Part shown: positions 54,410-64,000 of the stretch, piece after piece
How positions within the stretch are numbered: the first letter of the stretch is position 1
How the letters are laid out: every line of letters begins with the position of its first letter
Source of the DNA: Nanobdellota archaeon
Lineage (GTDB): Archaea; Nanobdellota; Nanobdellia; SCGC-AAA011-G17; JACPNG01
Assembly: GCA_038046345.1 (NCBI GenBank)
Contig: JBBSWJ010000005.1
Location: forward strand, 36,083-100,082
Length of the DNA stretch: 64,000 nucleotides
Reading direction: 5' to 3'
The notes under the pieces: model-generated
Databases searched by the model: none
What the model was told of the DNA's origin: nothing
The model's input: only the letters and a program-made list of their open reading frames with translations
Made by a program: the position numbers and the translations under genes

Positions 54410-55060
54410 GTGAATTATAAAAAAGAGAAAGAAAATTTAGTAAAGCATTGGAAACGTGAAAGAGTAGTTAACAACAAATCTGTTTTAGACGCTTTCTTAA
54501 GTGTACCAAGAGAAAACTTTGTTCTTAAAGAATATAAATCAGATGCCTATCATGACCATCCTCTGCCAATACTTTCAGGTCAAACAATTTCTCAACCAAC
54601 CACTGTTATTATCATGCTCGATCATTTAAAAGTCAATAAAGGAGATAACATCTTAGAGATTGGTGCCGGTTCAGGATATCATGCTGCATTATTGTCCATA
54701 CTTACTGGTTCAAGAGGTAAGGTTATTTCTACAGAAGTTGTTCCAGAGCTAGTTGATTACTCAAAAAAAAATCTTAAAAAATATAAAAATGTCAAAGTAA
54801 TTAAAGTTGATTCTGACTTAATAGGATTTAAAAAAAATGCTCCTTATGATAAAATCCTAGTTACTGCGGCCCTACCAGATGTTCCAGATGAGTTATATAA
54901 TCAACTAAATAATGGTGGTGTTTTAGTCCTTCCAGTCGGCGGAGAATACAGTCAAGAAATGCTCGCCATAACACGTCTGAAAGGTAATTTAAGAAATATT
55001 GAAAGGTTAGGCTTTTTTCAATTTGTTCCAGTAAGAGGAAAATTTGGATTCCTACCTTAA
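54410..55060 (+). CDS. pcm: Protein-L-isoaspartate O-methyltransferase
   Basis: VPRENF, GQTISQP, LEIGAGSGY, APYDKI, FVPVRG. Confidence 0.93.
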   Translation: MNYKKEKENLVKHWKRERVVNNKSVLDAFLSVPRENFVLKEYKSDAYHDHPLPILSGQTISQPTTVIIMLDHLKVNKGDNILEIGAGSGYHAALLSILTGSRGKVISTEVVPELVDYSKKNLKKYKNVKVIKVDSDLIGFKKNAPYDKILVTAALPDVPDELYNQLNNGGVLVLPVGGEYSQEMLAITRLKGNLRNIERLGFFQFVPVRGKFGFLP

Positions 55061-55221
55061 TGACTATATGTATATGCAGATGATGGTGAGTATCCGCCTG
55101 TATAAATTGTTCTACTTTTTTTTATAAAATTATCTGGGATATACCCCATTTCATTGATTTCTGCATCACACATACCACTTAATAGTAGTTAATTATATAT
55201 AAAGCTTTCTATAAGCAAACA

Positions 55222-55731
55222 TCACTCTATATAATACTTCCCTGGAAGTTTTGGAATTGCAGACCTCAATGCAACCCTAGCAGAAACAATATCCTTCTTG
55301 TCACATAACACACTAATAACCGCCTGGTTCTTCTTAACCTGAGCTGCAGATCCAATGGCTTTACCAAACGCCCTCTGCATACCAGTCTGCATTCTATCAG
55401 CTCCAGCACCTGTAATCATCTTGTTCTCTCTCAAGATATGATGCGGATAAACTCTTACCTTTAAATGATAATTATTCCCTAATAACTTTATTAAATTTCT
55501 ATGAATATCCTGTCTTGCACTCTCAATTGCATTATGCCTAATCTGTATTTCTTGCTTTACTCTCAAATTGACCATGCCCTCAAACTCCTTTTTTAAGTTA
55601 CCCTGATCATACTTTACAATTTTATTTGGAGGTACCGCCTTTATGTATCCCTTTCCCTTATATTTAGACCTTCTTGTATAAGCTCTTTTATGCTTTGTGT
55701 TATAACACTTTCCTTTCCTTAATCCGGCCAT
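55222..55731 (-). CDS. rplP: 50S ribosomal protein L16 (uL16/L10e)
   Basis: QIRHNAIESAR, RVYPHHILRENK, GADRMQTGMQRAFGK. Confidence 0.95.
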   Translation of the reverse strand: MAGLRKGKCYNTKHKRAYTRRSKYKGKGYIKAVPPNKIVKYDQGNLKKEFEGMVNLRVKQEIQIRHNAIESARQDIHRNLIKLLGNNYHLKVRVYPHHILRENKMITGAGADRMQTGMQRAFGKAIGSAAQVKKNQAVISVLCDKKDIVSARVALRSAIPKLPGKYYIE

Positions 55732-55732
55732 T

Positions 55733-55996
55733 CTAAAGTACCTCTACCTTTTTTCCTAATGCTTGCCCAGGTAAACCTCTTTCAAATATAGCTCTAACAG
55801 CACCCTTATTCCCATGTTCTTTAACAATCTCACCAGTTATTAGTTTACCAGAAGAGCTTTTCCATTTAACGGTTTTATGTAATAACTTTAAAGCGCTCTC
55901 TTTGTTATCAACTTTAGGTACCTTTAAAATTATATGATTTCCATACTTATACCTATTCTTTTTACTACCACGATAATGTATGATAACCGCTTCCAT
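55733..55996 (-). CDS. rpl35ae: 50S ribosomal protein L35Ae
   Basis: HGNKGAVRAIFERGLPGQALG. Confidence 0.93.
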   Translation of the reverse strand: MEAVIIHYRGSKKNRYKYGNHIILKVPKVDNKESALKLLHKTVKWKSSSGKLITGEIVKEHGNKGAVRAIFERGLPGQALGKKVEVL

Positions 55997-56094
55997 TTTA
56001 TCAGTTTACCTTATAGTTACTTTTAAAGCTTTTGTTTTAAAATCATGGGTCCACTTTCCATTAAATTTTTATATATGTTACTCCTTTCATTAAC

Positions 56095-56394
56095 ATGGGC
56101 GCAATAAGAAGTATCATCTACCATGCACTCAGTGCCGCTGTTATTGGTAGCGTTGCTTATTGTACTGTGAATACTATTACTAGCCCCACTTACGGCGCAG
56201 TAAACCAGAAATTACCTGAAGAATACACTATCCAGCAAATCTCTAAAAGATTAGTAGACGCATTTGGTATGCCAGCAAATACTCCAACAGATGATCCAAA
56301 CGATCTTAGTAATATTGTTATTCATGGATACGAAAGCATTGACAACGCATTAGAAAAAGTTATAGAAATGAACAAAAAAGAATTAGACTTATGA
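56095..56394 (+). CDS. Hypothetical exported protein
   Basis: 99 aa with N-terminal hydrophobic segment. Confidence 0.55.
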   Translation: MGAIRSIIYHALSAAVIGSVAYCTVNTITSPTYGAVNQKLPEEYTIQQISKRLVDAFGMPANTPTDDPNDLSNIVIHGYESIDNALEKVIEMNKKELDL

Positions 56395-58236
56395 ACTTAC
56401 CATTATTTCTACTTCTTTTCCAAATAGTTTTCTCAAATCTTCAAATATGCTTTCCTTGATAAATACTGCAGCGGGTATAATTGTTCCTTTTAAATAACCC
56501 TCTAGTTCCGCTGTGCTTGATTTTCTTATGTTTTTTATTTTTCCATCAACAAGATCAGCTTGCTGTATATCATCAGGGTTTCTTGTATCCGCTATCAAAA
56601 AAACCTTTTTATCCAAGAGTAATGCTTCCCCGATTACGTCATCATACTTAAACCTTATTTTTGCCTTCTCTAAGTCTCTTAATCTTATACTCTGTATAAA
56701 ATCAACAAGAACCCGCATATAGTCCTTTGACTCTCTTCTCATTTTCTCAATTTCTTGCTTAGTTATCTTCTTCTGGTCAAAATCATTCTTAGACTTTATT
56801 ACATTCTTTAGTGTTCTCAACATTTTTTCTGGTAACTTTCCTTTATCAACTAATTCTTTCTTAAACAGGCTGACCAAATTAGTTGATGTTATACCCTTGA
56901 CATTGCTCACTTCAAGTGCGTCTCTTGCTGTCTTGACTACTGTGTCATAAGTATCCTTTACAGAACTCATTTGTGAACGTTTATCAATCTGATCAAATAG
57001 CTTCCTGATTCTTTTAAGATACATGTCAGCTTCACTGAGGAAAGTATCTATTTCTTTTCCTTGAACATTTTTTATTTTATTATGTTCTATATCTTTGAAA
57101 AAACTTATTACTTTTCTTAAAATATCAACATACTTTTGTTCTAATATTTTCTCTTTTCTTACAAAAATCTCTTCCATTAAACTGGCTGCTTCTTTAGGTG
57201 TTGGGGGGCTCAAACCATAAAGCATTAAAGCAGCTTGAGCAGGATTAAGCATTGCATAGTAAAGATCATCTCCAACAATTGAGATCATCTTATGCCTTGT
57301 TCTTTCCAGTAATCTTTCTCCTAGATCCATATTCATATCAATTGCTTCAGGGCTAGGTTTAACTCTACCCATTTTTAATAATAATTTCCATGGCATGAAA
57401 ACACCACGATCGTATAATGGAACTCCATCTCTTAGAAACGTGTATATCACTGGATTTGCTTCTTTAATTAATTCCCAAAAGTCTGTTAAAATATAGGTCT
57501 GCACATGGAACTGTGCCTTTACCCCTGCAATTGCTGAAGCTTCAGCGCCCATAGTTAATATTATTGATCTTAACTTCTCTTTGAGCTCAAATCTTGACAT
57601 TCTTTTTACGTCTGTATCATCAATTACTACAAATACATCTATATCATGTGGATTAGCATCTCCACGAAATAAAGATCCTGCAGCTACATATGAAAGGACA
57701 TACCTTTCAAATCTTCTTATGCTCATACCTTTATGTATCTCAGAAACTTTTATTGCGCCTAACATCCCTTTATCATAAAGCAAAGCACTCCATCCTATCA
57801 TTTGCAGCAAATCAAATTTGCCATCAAAGCATGCTTCTTTTAGCTCCGATAATAACATTGTTTGTGGGAATAGCTTCCCATTGATATCATGTCCTATTTT
57901 ATCAATGACTGAAAACAGTTTAACTTCTAGATCTTTCCTCTGTATCTTAGTATCTATATCATCATCTACCAGCACAAACACATTGATGTTATCTTTTTCT
58001 TCTGGTTTTGCATTTCTATCTGGCGGGAATAACGCTATTCCAATTATGTGTTTATCAAATTTTTTTAAAATTTCACTAGTAAATTTATCTAAATCTTTTT
58101 TTAAGGTTTCTAGTTTTTTTTTAAGTTCTTCTGGTATTTCCTTTGGCTGGTTTATATCCAACTTTGGTTGATCCACCCCGTATGCATATGGATCACTTGA
58201 TTGATTAGATTTTTTTTCAGAGTATTTTTCTTGCAT
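56389..58236 (-). CDS. Nucleotidyltransferase-domain protein (tandem MNT-like domains plus HEPN-like region)
   Basis: AGSLFRG..DIDVFVVIDD; degenerate first copy INVFVLVDD; LYYAM..AQAALM. Confidence 0.7.
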   Translation of the reverse strand: MQEKYSEKKSNQSSDPYAYGVDQPKLDINQPKEIPEELKKKLETLKKDLDKFTSEILKKFDKHIIGIALFPPDRNAKPEEKDNINVFVLVDDDIDTKIQRKDLEVKLFSVIDKIGHDINGKLFPQTMLLSELKEACFDGKFDLLQMIGWSALLYDKGMLGAIKVSEIHKGMSIRRFERYVLSYVAAGSLFRGDANPHDIDVFVVIDDTDVKRMSRFELKEKLRSIILTMGAEASAIAGVKAQFHVQTYILTDFWELIKEANPVIYTFLRDGVPLYDRGVFMPWKLLLKMGRVKPSPEAIDMNMDLGERLLERTRHKMISIVGDDLYYAMLNPAQAALMLYGLSPPTPKEAASLMEEIFVRKEKILEQKYVDILRKVISFFKDIEHNKIKNVQGKEIDTFLSEADMYLKRIRKLFDQIDKRSQMSSVKDTYDTVVKTARDALEVSNVKGITSTNLVSLFKKELVDKGKLPEKMLRTLKNVIKSKNDFDQKKITKQEIEKMRRESKDYMRVLVDFIQSIRLRDLEKAKIRFKYDDVIGEALLLDKKVFLIADTRNPDDIQQADLVDGKIKNIRKSSTAELEGYLKGTIIPAAVFIKESIFEDLRKLFGKEVEIMVSS

Positions 58237-58367
58237 ATAATTAAGTCTGCATGTGATATATATTTAAAACTTCCGTCTAAACAAAATTAGTTTATATTTT
58301 ACCTATTAAATTTGACCACTCTTAGAAAGTAAGATTGTCTTATAAATCATTAATAAAATTAATTTCC

Positions 58368-58730
58368 ATGATCAGCCTAAGCGGATTAGCAATAGATTAT
58401 AACCCCAGCAGGCTACTGTTGGGAAGAGGTCTAAAGATTATTGTGTTTGATCACCGCGTCCATAGTTATACCCGTGGCGAACTCGATACGAGACTGAATG
58501 CTTACACAGATCACAAAGTTGAAGTGCAACATATCAACATAGCTGATATTGTCAGTGCTATCTACACTGGTATTTTAAGGATGGTTAATAATAATTTTAT
58601 GGTAGGTAACAGAAATCTAACAGCCATGTTATTACAGGAAGGATCCAACCCAGTAGGAGGTACCATCCTAACTTTTGATTGTTTAACTCCTTCTGTAGAT
58701 TCTGATATAAACCCAAACTACTTTCATTGA
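58368..58730 (+). CDS. Hypothetical protein
   Basis: Longest ORF in the gap; no motif recognised. Confidence 0.35.
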   Translation: MISLSGLAIDYNPSRLLLGRGLKIIVFDHRVHSYTRGELDTRLNAYTDHKVEVQHINIADIVSAIYTGILRMVNNNFMVGNRNLTAMLLQEGSNPVGGTILTFDCLTPSVDSDINPNYFH

Positions 58731-58819
58731 TTACTTAATAGTAATAATAATAGAAAGTTTTATAAACAACAATTGACATCGGTGACCCTTATTAACCACA
58801 CAAGCAAGGTACAAAAACA

Positions 58820-59827
58820 ATGTTTAACACAATACAAATCTATGAATTTCCAAAAATTGTTGGTCAAGAAGAAACTAAATTCCAGGTTAATTCTGCGCTG
58901 TTATCAGGTAGGAATATAATCCTAGTTGGACCGCCAGGAGTGGGAAAGACTACACTGGCAAAAAACGTAGCAGAAACACTTCCAGAGCTTACATTAAATA
59001 CATGCAGCTTCCACTGTGATCCAAACAACCCATTATGCCCTAAATGCAAAACAAAAAACCAAGAGAAAAAGATCATTAAGGGTTTTGAGAGATTTATGAG
59101 GATACAGGGATCTCCAGACTTAACTGTCGAAGATCTTTTTGGAGATATTGACCCAATAAAAGCATTACAATTTGGTCCATTATCCACAGAGGCATTCACT
59201 CCTGGAAAAATTTTCAAAGCTAACCATGGTGTGTTATTTTTTGACGAACTAAATCGTTGCCCAGAAAAATTACAAAATGCTTTACTACAAGTTCTTGAGG
59301 AGAAGAAAGTAACAATTGGGAGTTATGACATAGATTTCCCAGCAAATTTTATCTTTATTGCAACAATGAACCCCGATGATTTCACCGGTACAGAAAAACT
59401 ATCAGAGGTTTTGCTTGATCGCTTTGATATGATTTATTTAGATTATCCAAAGACTACAGAATCAGAAATAGAAATATTAAAAAAATCAGGTAAGAACCTA
59501 AACATTAATTTTCCAGAAAATCTAATGATCCATATGACTGTGTTTGTAAGATCATTAAGGGAAAATAAAGATCTTGAACGTGTTCCAAGTGTTAGAGCTA
59601 CTATAGGATTATATGAAAGAGCTCAGAGTAATGCTTTATTAGAAAATAAAAAAATTGTTTCATTAAAAAACATACAAGATGCAATATTCTCAGTATTAGT
59701 GCATCGCATTAAACTAAAACCAAGTCTTAAGTACCTAAAAACACCAGAAAATTTTATTCATAAACAGTTTAAAGATTACTGCAGAGATCATAATCTAGCC
59801 ATAAACGAACCTGGTGATGCTGGGTAA
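58820..59827 (+). CDS. AAA+ ATPase, ChlI/MoxR-like
   Basis: GPPGVGKT, KANHGVLFFDELNR, IATMNP, LLDRFD. Confidence 0.9.
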   Translation: MFNTIQIYEFPKIVGQEETKFQVNSALLSGRNIILVGPPGVGKTTLAKNVAETLPELTLNTCSFHCDPNNPLCPKCKTKNQEKKIIKGFERFMRIQGSPDLTVEDLFGDIDPIKALQFGPLSTEAFTPGKIFKANHGVLFFDELNRCPEKLQNALLQVLEEKKVTIGSYDIDFPANFIFIATMNPDDFTGTEKLSEVLLDRFDMIYLDYPKTTESEIEILKKSGKNLNINFPENLMIHMTVFVRSLRENKDLERVPSVRATIGLYERAQSNALLENKKIVSLKNIQDAIFSVLVHRIKLKPSLKYLKTPENFIHKQFKDYCRDHNLAINEPGDAG

Positions 59828-60974
59828 ACCAGACAAAGCAAGAGAGCTAGAAGAGATTCCAGGAACTTTGTCTCAACAGGAAGAAGAAGACAAATTAATG
59901 AATACAGTTATTGAAGGACAAAAAGAAAAAGAAGCAAAGATTATTATGAATGCTTTAAATCATGGAATATTTGCATTCAATCCTGACATGATGTTTGAAC
60001 AAATTGTAAATAACTATCAAGAAGCCAAAGACCTGTATGGTAATGGATTCTTAAAGTCACTTGATATATCAGAAAGAGACATAAATTTTCCTGAAGTTCA
60101 TAAAAAACTTAAAGATAAATTAATTGAGGAAATTGAGAAACTGCAAGAGGCCGGTTTTATAGATTCAGATAATAGCATCACTGAAAAAGGTTTAACCATT
60201 GCAGCATTATCAATGTATGTTGAAGAGCTTGAAAGCTTGGAATCAAGAGGATTGATCGGGATAAAAACAAATAAAAGACTTAGTCATTACGGAGATCGGG
60301 AATCAATAAGAGAATATAAACGTGGTGATCGTTATAGAGACATAGCAATTAAAAACAGTATTCATCATGCCATCAGGCACAACCATAACAAATTAAAGAA
60401 AGAAGATTTAATGGTACATTCACGTAAATCAAAAGGGGGTATAGAAATAATTTATGGAATTGATGCTTCTGGATCAATGAAAGGTAAAAAAATTGAAGCT
60501 TGCAAGAAAGCAGGAATAGCATTAGCATTCAAAGCTATTAATGAACATGACAAAGTTGGTTTAATTGTATTCGGAGCAAATATTGAGACAAGTATTTCTC
60601 CAACAAATAATTTTATTGAATTGTTGCACTCCATAACCAGAGTTCGAGCTAAAAACAAAACTAATCTCAGAGATGGAATAATGAAATGCATAGAACTTTT
60701 TTCTTCAGAAGATACAACCAAACACTTGATACTAATAACTGACGCAGTACCAACACATGGGGAAGACCCAAAAAAAGAAACACTGTTAGCAGTTGATTCT
60801 GCAAGAAACTCTGGTATTAACATTAGTGTTATAGGCATAAAACTTGATAAAGAAGGCGAAGAGTTAGCTAAAGACATAACCCGAATAGGCGATGGCAGAT
60901 TATATCTATTACACGAACTTAACGGAATTGACGAGATTGTACTAACGGATTATTATAAATCCAGCTATACTTAA
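59814..60974 (+). CDS. VWA domain protein (partner of the AAA+ ATPase)
   Basis: DASGSM MIDAS, T, ILITDAVPT. Confidence 0.9.
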   Translation: MMLGKPDKARELEEIPGTLSQQEEEDKLMNTVIEGQKEKEAKIIMNALNHGIFAFNPDMMFEQIVNNYQEAKDLYGNGFLKSLDISERDINFPEVHKKLKDKLIEEIEKLQEAGFIDSDNSITEKGLTIAALSMYVEELESLESRGLIGIKTNKRLSHYGDRESIREYKRGDRYRDIAIKNSIHHAIRHNHNKLKKEDLMVHSRKSKGGIEIIYGIDASGSMKGKKIEACKKAGIALAFKAINEHDKVGLIVFGANIETSISPTNNFIELLHSITRVRAKNKTNLRDGIMKCIELFSSEDTTKHLILITDAVPTHGEDPKKETLLAVDSARNSGINISVIGIKLDKEGEELAKDITRIGDGRLYLLHELNGIDEIVLTDYYKSSYT

Positions 60975-61022
60975 AGCGTGTTTGGTAAATTTTATAAATC
61001 AATAACCTACATCATACTGCAC

Positions 61023-61127
61023 GGGCCCGTGGTCTAGCGGCTAGGCTAACTCAATTACTGTGTTAACCCCGCAAATGACGTCTCGTTTACACCGAGGAGA
61101 TCGAGTGTTCGATTCACTCCGGGCCCA
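61023..61127 (+). tRNA. tRNA-Val(TAC) with a 32-nt D-loop intron at 20a/21 (61043-61074)
   Basis: GGGCCCG/CGGGCCC, UCUCG-UUUACAC-CGAGG; BHB central helix GCGG/CCGC with bulges CU|A and AA|A; mature length 73 nt. Confidence 0.93.
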
Positions 61128-61184
61128 TTCATTAATTCTATACTATCAACATCCTTATAAACAAAGAAGATCTTATAATCCACC

Positions 61185-61424
61185 ATGCAAATAATTATTG
61201 ACACAACAGAATCAGACGACCACTTAAAAACTGCAGTGGAACACGCATTAAAAGAACTGGAAAAAAGAACAGGCAAAGAATTTCAAGTAATAATAAAAGA
61301 AAAAGGTAATAGCCCGCCAAAACCTGCACAACCAACAAAAAGTATTGCAGCTCAAAGAGCTGACGAAATGCAGAGTATGATGAACTCTGTTGACTTAAGT
61401 ATTCTTGGTAATCCTAAAAGATAA
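61185..61424 (+). CDS. Hypothetical protein
   Basis: 79-aa ORF preceded by a TATA element. Confidence 0.65.
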   Translation: MQIIIDTTESDDHLKTAVEHALKELEKRTGKEFQVIIKEKGNSPPKPAQPTKSIAAQRADEMQSMMNSVDLSILGNPKR

Positions 61425-61428
61425 ATTC

Positions 61429-62016
61429 TTATCTGCTAGCATCAGCTTGTCTTTCTAATTCTAATTTTTTGCTTATAGCACTGCTTTTTTGGTCTATGTT
61501 TGATGCATTAATTATTTCTTCAGCCAAAGCAGTTTCAATACTTTTTTTCTTTCTAAAACTTGAATGATATGCCCCTTGTGTTATCATGCTTAATGCAATA
61601 TCAACTCTCCTCAAAGGTGAACATTCAACAGCCTGAGGATATCTAGCACCGCCATACTCTATAGTAGTAATCTCCTCCCTGGGCGCTGCATTTTCTAGAG
61701 CTTTGATAAATACCCCGATTGGATTTTGTTTAGTTTTTTTCTCAATAAGATCAAATGCATTTTCAACAATCTTATATGTTAAAGTTTTTTTCCCGCACAT
61801 ATGACCTGAGCTTATTCTATGAGTCTTTCCTTTATGCCCGGGTACCATTAGCTTATTCACTAAACGTTCTACAATATGTGTTTTACCTTTATGAAATCTT
61901 GATTTTGCATTTAATCCAGCACTTCTTGGTACTAATAATCCTGTCAGTGTGATGTATTCCTTTAATCCCATATCAATCACTGCTACATTGCTATCCCATT
62001 TATTAAATATCTTCAT
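61429..62016 (-). CDS. rpsG: 30S ribosomal protein S7
   Basis: [28 protein letters not shown]. Confidence 0.96.
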   Translation of the reverse strand: MKIFNKWDSNVAVIDMGLKEYITLTGLLVPRSAGLNAKSRFHKGKTHIVERLVNKLMVPGHKGKTHRISSGHMCGKKTLTYKIVENAFDLIEKKTKQNPIGVFIKALENAAPREEITTIEYGGARYPQAVECSPLRRVDIALSMITQGAYHSSFRKKKSIETALAEEIINASNIDQKSSAISKKLELERQADASR

Positions 62017-62450
62017 CTTCTTCCTTTCTCAATCTTTCCCTTTAATAAAGCATCTAAACTTTGATCATTAATTTTTATCACCTGAAATCTTACCCCGGGT
62101 ATATCTCCTTTCGCTCTTCCTTTTGTACCGCCTATAGCCTCAATCAATACCTCGTCGTGTTCATTAACTAATTTTATAGCATTATATCCTGGAACAAACG
62201 CAGTTATCTGTTTTCCATTCTTTACCAGTTGGCATTTCACGCATTTCCTCATTGCACTATTTGGTTGCTTAGCCTCCTTCTGTACTTTCTCTAAAACTAT
62301 TGCTTTTGCCTGGTGAGCACCTCGTAATATATCAGATTTTTGTTTTAGTTTAAGGACTCTTCGTTTATACCATGGATATTTCATTCTACTAACTTTACGC
62401 CTAGCCTTAAGTTTTTTTCCAGCGCCCAAGCCTCGTGATTTTTTTCCCAT
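62013..62450 (-). CDS. rpsL: 30S ribosomal protein S12
   Basis: [21 protein letters not shown]. Confidence 0.97.
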   Translation of the reverse strand: MGKKSRGLGAGKKLKARRKVSRMKYPWYKRRVLKLKQKSDILRGAHQAKAIVLEKVQKEAKQPNSAMRKCVKCQLVKNGKQITAFVPGYNAIKLVNEHDEVLIEAIGGTKGRAKGDIPGVRFQVIKINDQSLDALLKGKIEKGRR

Positions 62451-62857
62451 TATACTACTTTTACCATCACTTTATGATGTTGTGACATTATCTCCTGAAG
62501 ATGTTTTAAATTCTTTTTATCTCTGCCCAATATTATCCCTTTATCCTTACTAGTAACTGGGTCAATAACCACTGTGTTTTCATCCGATTTATAAATTTTA
62601 CTATTAGCATTCTTTGTTAAATTTTTTAAAAAGCTCACTGAATCTTCTGAATACTCTATTATGCTTACAGGTTTCTTAAATAGCCTGGATAACTTCTGAA
62701 CAATTTTAGCATTTCTTCCTATAGCTTTTCCCATATCCCCTTTTTTTACTATGAATACTAAACCAGCATTCTTATAACAATCTTTAACAGATGCATTAGT
62801 ATATTTTTCAAACGCAGATATTAATCCAATGGTTTCTTGATCAAAAGTTATCACCAT
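62450..62857 (-). CDS. nusA: Archaeal NusA-like KH protein
   Basis: [18 protein letters not shown] motifs; conserved position before rps12. Confidence 0.9.
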   Translation of the reverse strand: MVITFDQETIGLISAFEKYTNASVKDCYKNAGLVFIVKKGDMGKAIGRNAKIVQKLSRLFKKPVSIIEYSEDSVSFLKNLTKNANSKIYKSDENTVVIDPVTSKDKGIILGRDKKNLKHLQEIMSQHHKVMVKVV

Positions 62858-62859
62858 CT

Positions 62860-63108
62860 TTAAATCGATAATACTGCAATAGAATACGGTTTCTTTGCAC
62901 TAATTCCTAGCTCATCATTATTTATATCAAGATTTACTATTCTTGTTTTACTTAATTTCGCATATCTTTCTATTGTTTGCCTTGCTTCATTGGGACAATT
63001 TTTTGATACGAACACAGTGCTTACTTTACCAGCTCTTAATCTTTTTAATGTCCTTTCGGTTCCTATAACAATTCCTTTTTGTTTTACTGCTTTCTTAAGT
63101 TCATCCAT
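62860..63108 (-). CDS. rpl30e: 50S ribosomal protein L30e
   Basis: VIGTERTLK, NDELGISAKKPY. Confidence 0.88.
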   Translation of the reverse strand: MDELKKAVKQKGIVIGTERTLKRLRAGKVSTVFVSKNCPNEARQTIERYAKLSKTRIVNLDINNDELGISAKKPYSIAVLSI

Positions 63109-63431
63109 ATCAGTTTATTTCAATAACTAACTTTTAAATGTTTCTATTTAGCTTTTTTATGCATAATCAAAGGTTTTAAGCTAAAAAAATCTCAGAAAAA
63201 TTTAAATGTATCAAGAATGCTTTATTTTATCTAAGCATAAAGTAGAAGTAATACTCTACCAACATATTTTGTTAGTATCAATCTTCATGAACGGGTAAGT
63301 GTTTGAAACAGAATTGTTATCAATCAGACACCACTAGTATCAGTTGCATTCTTTGTCACAGTATGAATATATATCACCAGCCTTATGCTTTTAGCTCTAA
63401 TTATGGACAAAGTTCTTGCGGCATCGCTGTG

Positions 63432-63575
63432 TTAATCCAACGGGCTTTTTATTAGAATCATCTTTGGCCTTATTGCATGGGAATAACCAAGGGTAGTTTC
63501 AGGTCTAACATGACCTAGAAGCGATTGAACTGAAATGATATCCACACCAGCTTCAAAAAGATGAGTCGTAATAGA
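63432..63575 (-). pseudogene. C-terminal remnant of a tyrosine recombinase/integrase
   Basis: Hand translation SITTHLFEAGVDIISVQSLLGHVRPETTLGYSHAIRPKMILIKSPLD*; the upstream HxxR box is absent and an in-frame stop lies at 63600-63602. Confidence 0.8.
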
Positions 63576-63875
63576 TTTCAACAACCAGATGAACAAGTAT
63601 TAGACGATGATTTCCCAATCTTGGATGGACTTGGTGAACCACTATCAACAAATTATTTTGTATGTAAAAGTGAAGCTACAGGAGAACGAGTTTACAGATC
63701 TTCCAGGTGTGGTGATGATACATGTTGGAATAACTATTATGATTCAAAAGGTAATTTGTTAGAAGAAACTCCCGAAATTGGACCTGGAACACCAAGACAA
63801 TATGAAATTAAAACAAAAGTTACAGATTGTAAAAGAACTACTCAAGATTATTTTAAATCCAAAGTTAGTGAATAA
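63561..63875 (+). CDS. Hypothetical protein (possibly a fragment or cassette gene)
   Basis: 104-aa ORF whose ATG is antisense to the integrase remnant. Confidence 0.45.
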   Translation: MSRNRFQQPDEQVLDDDFPILDGLGEPLSTNYFVCKSEATGERVYRSSRCGDDTCWNNYYDSKGNLLEETPEIGPGTPRQYEIKTKVTDCKRTTQDYFKSKVSE

Positions 63876-64000
63876 CAGCTTTTAATTCTTCTGCCGAACC
63901 AACGACTTCTCACTTTGTTCGACCTCTAACGAGGGCAACTAACACGCATTATGTGCAATTTTGAAATTTGGAATGCTGGAAAGCCTTTTTTTATTCAGTA

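Noticed and set aside
42499-61070. Shared GTTAACCC 8-mer between the fusA and tRNA-Val introns as evidence of common origin
   Set aside because: One 8-mer among 36 intron pairs is plausible by chance, and there is no wider similarity.

Overview
AT-rich archaeal chromosome segment, most consistent with a DPANN (Woesearchaeota-like) genome; the taxonomy is inference. It carries a 16S-tRNA(Ala)-23S rRNA operon on the minus strand and many translation genes (thrS, infB, eif2g, pheST, tuf, fusA, r-proteins). It also has bacterial-type gyrAB, grpE-dnaK-dnaJ, surface proteins and accessory enzymes. The standout feature is a set of nine hand-folded bulge-helix-bulge (BHB) micro-introns of 12-53 nt: three in 23S, two in 16S (separated by a 7-nt exon), three in tRNAs and one in a protein-coding gene. 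That last one is a 33-nt canonical-BHB intron with an in-frame TAA, splitting the EF-2 GTPase G1 motif (AHID|HGK). A 197-aa mini-intein sits three codons downstream (GK|T), so EF-2 would need both RNA and protein splicing. rRNA positions are E. coli equivalents aligned by eye, and family calls rest on motif recognition without database searches.
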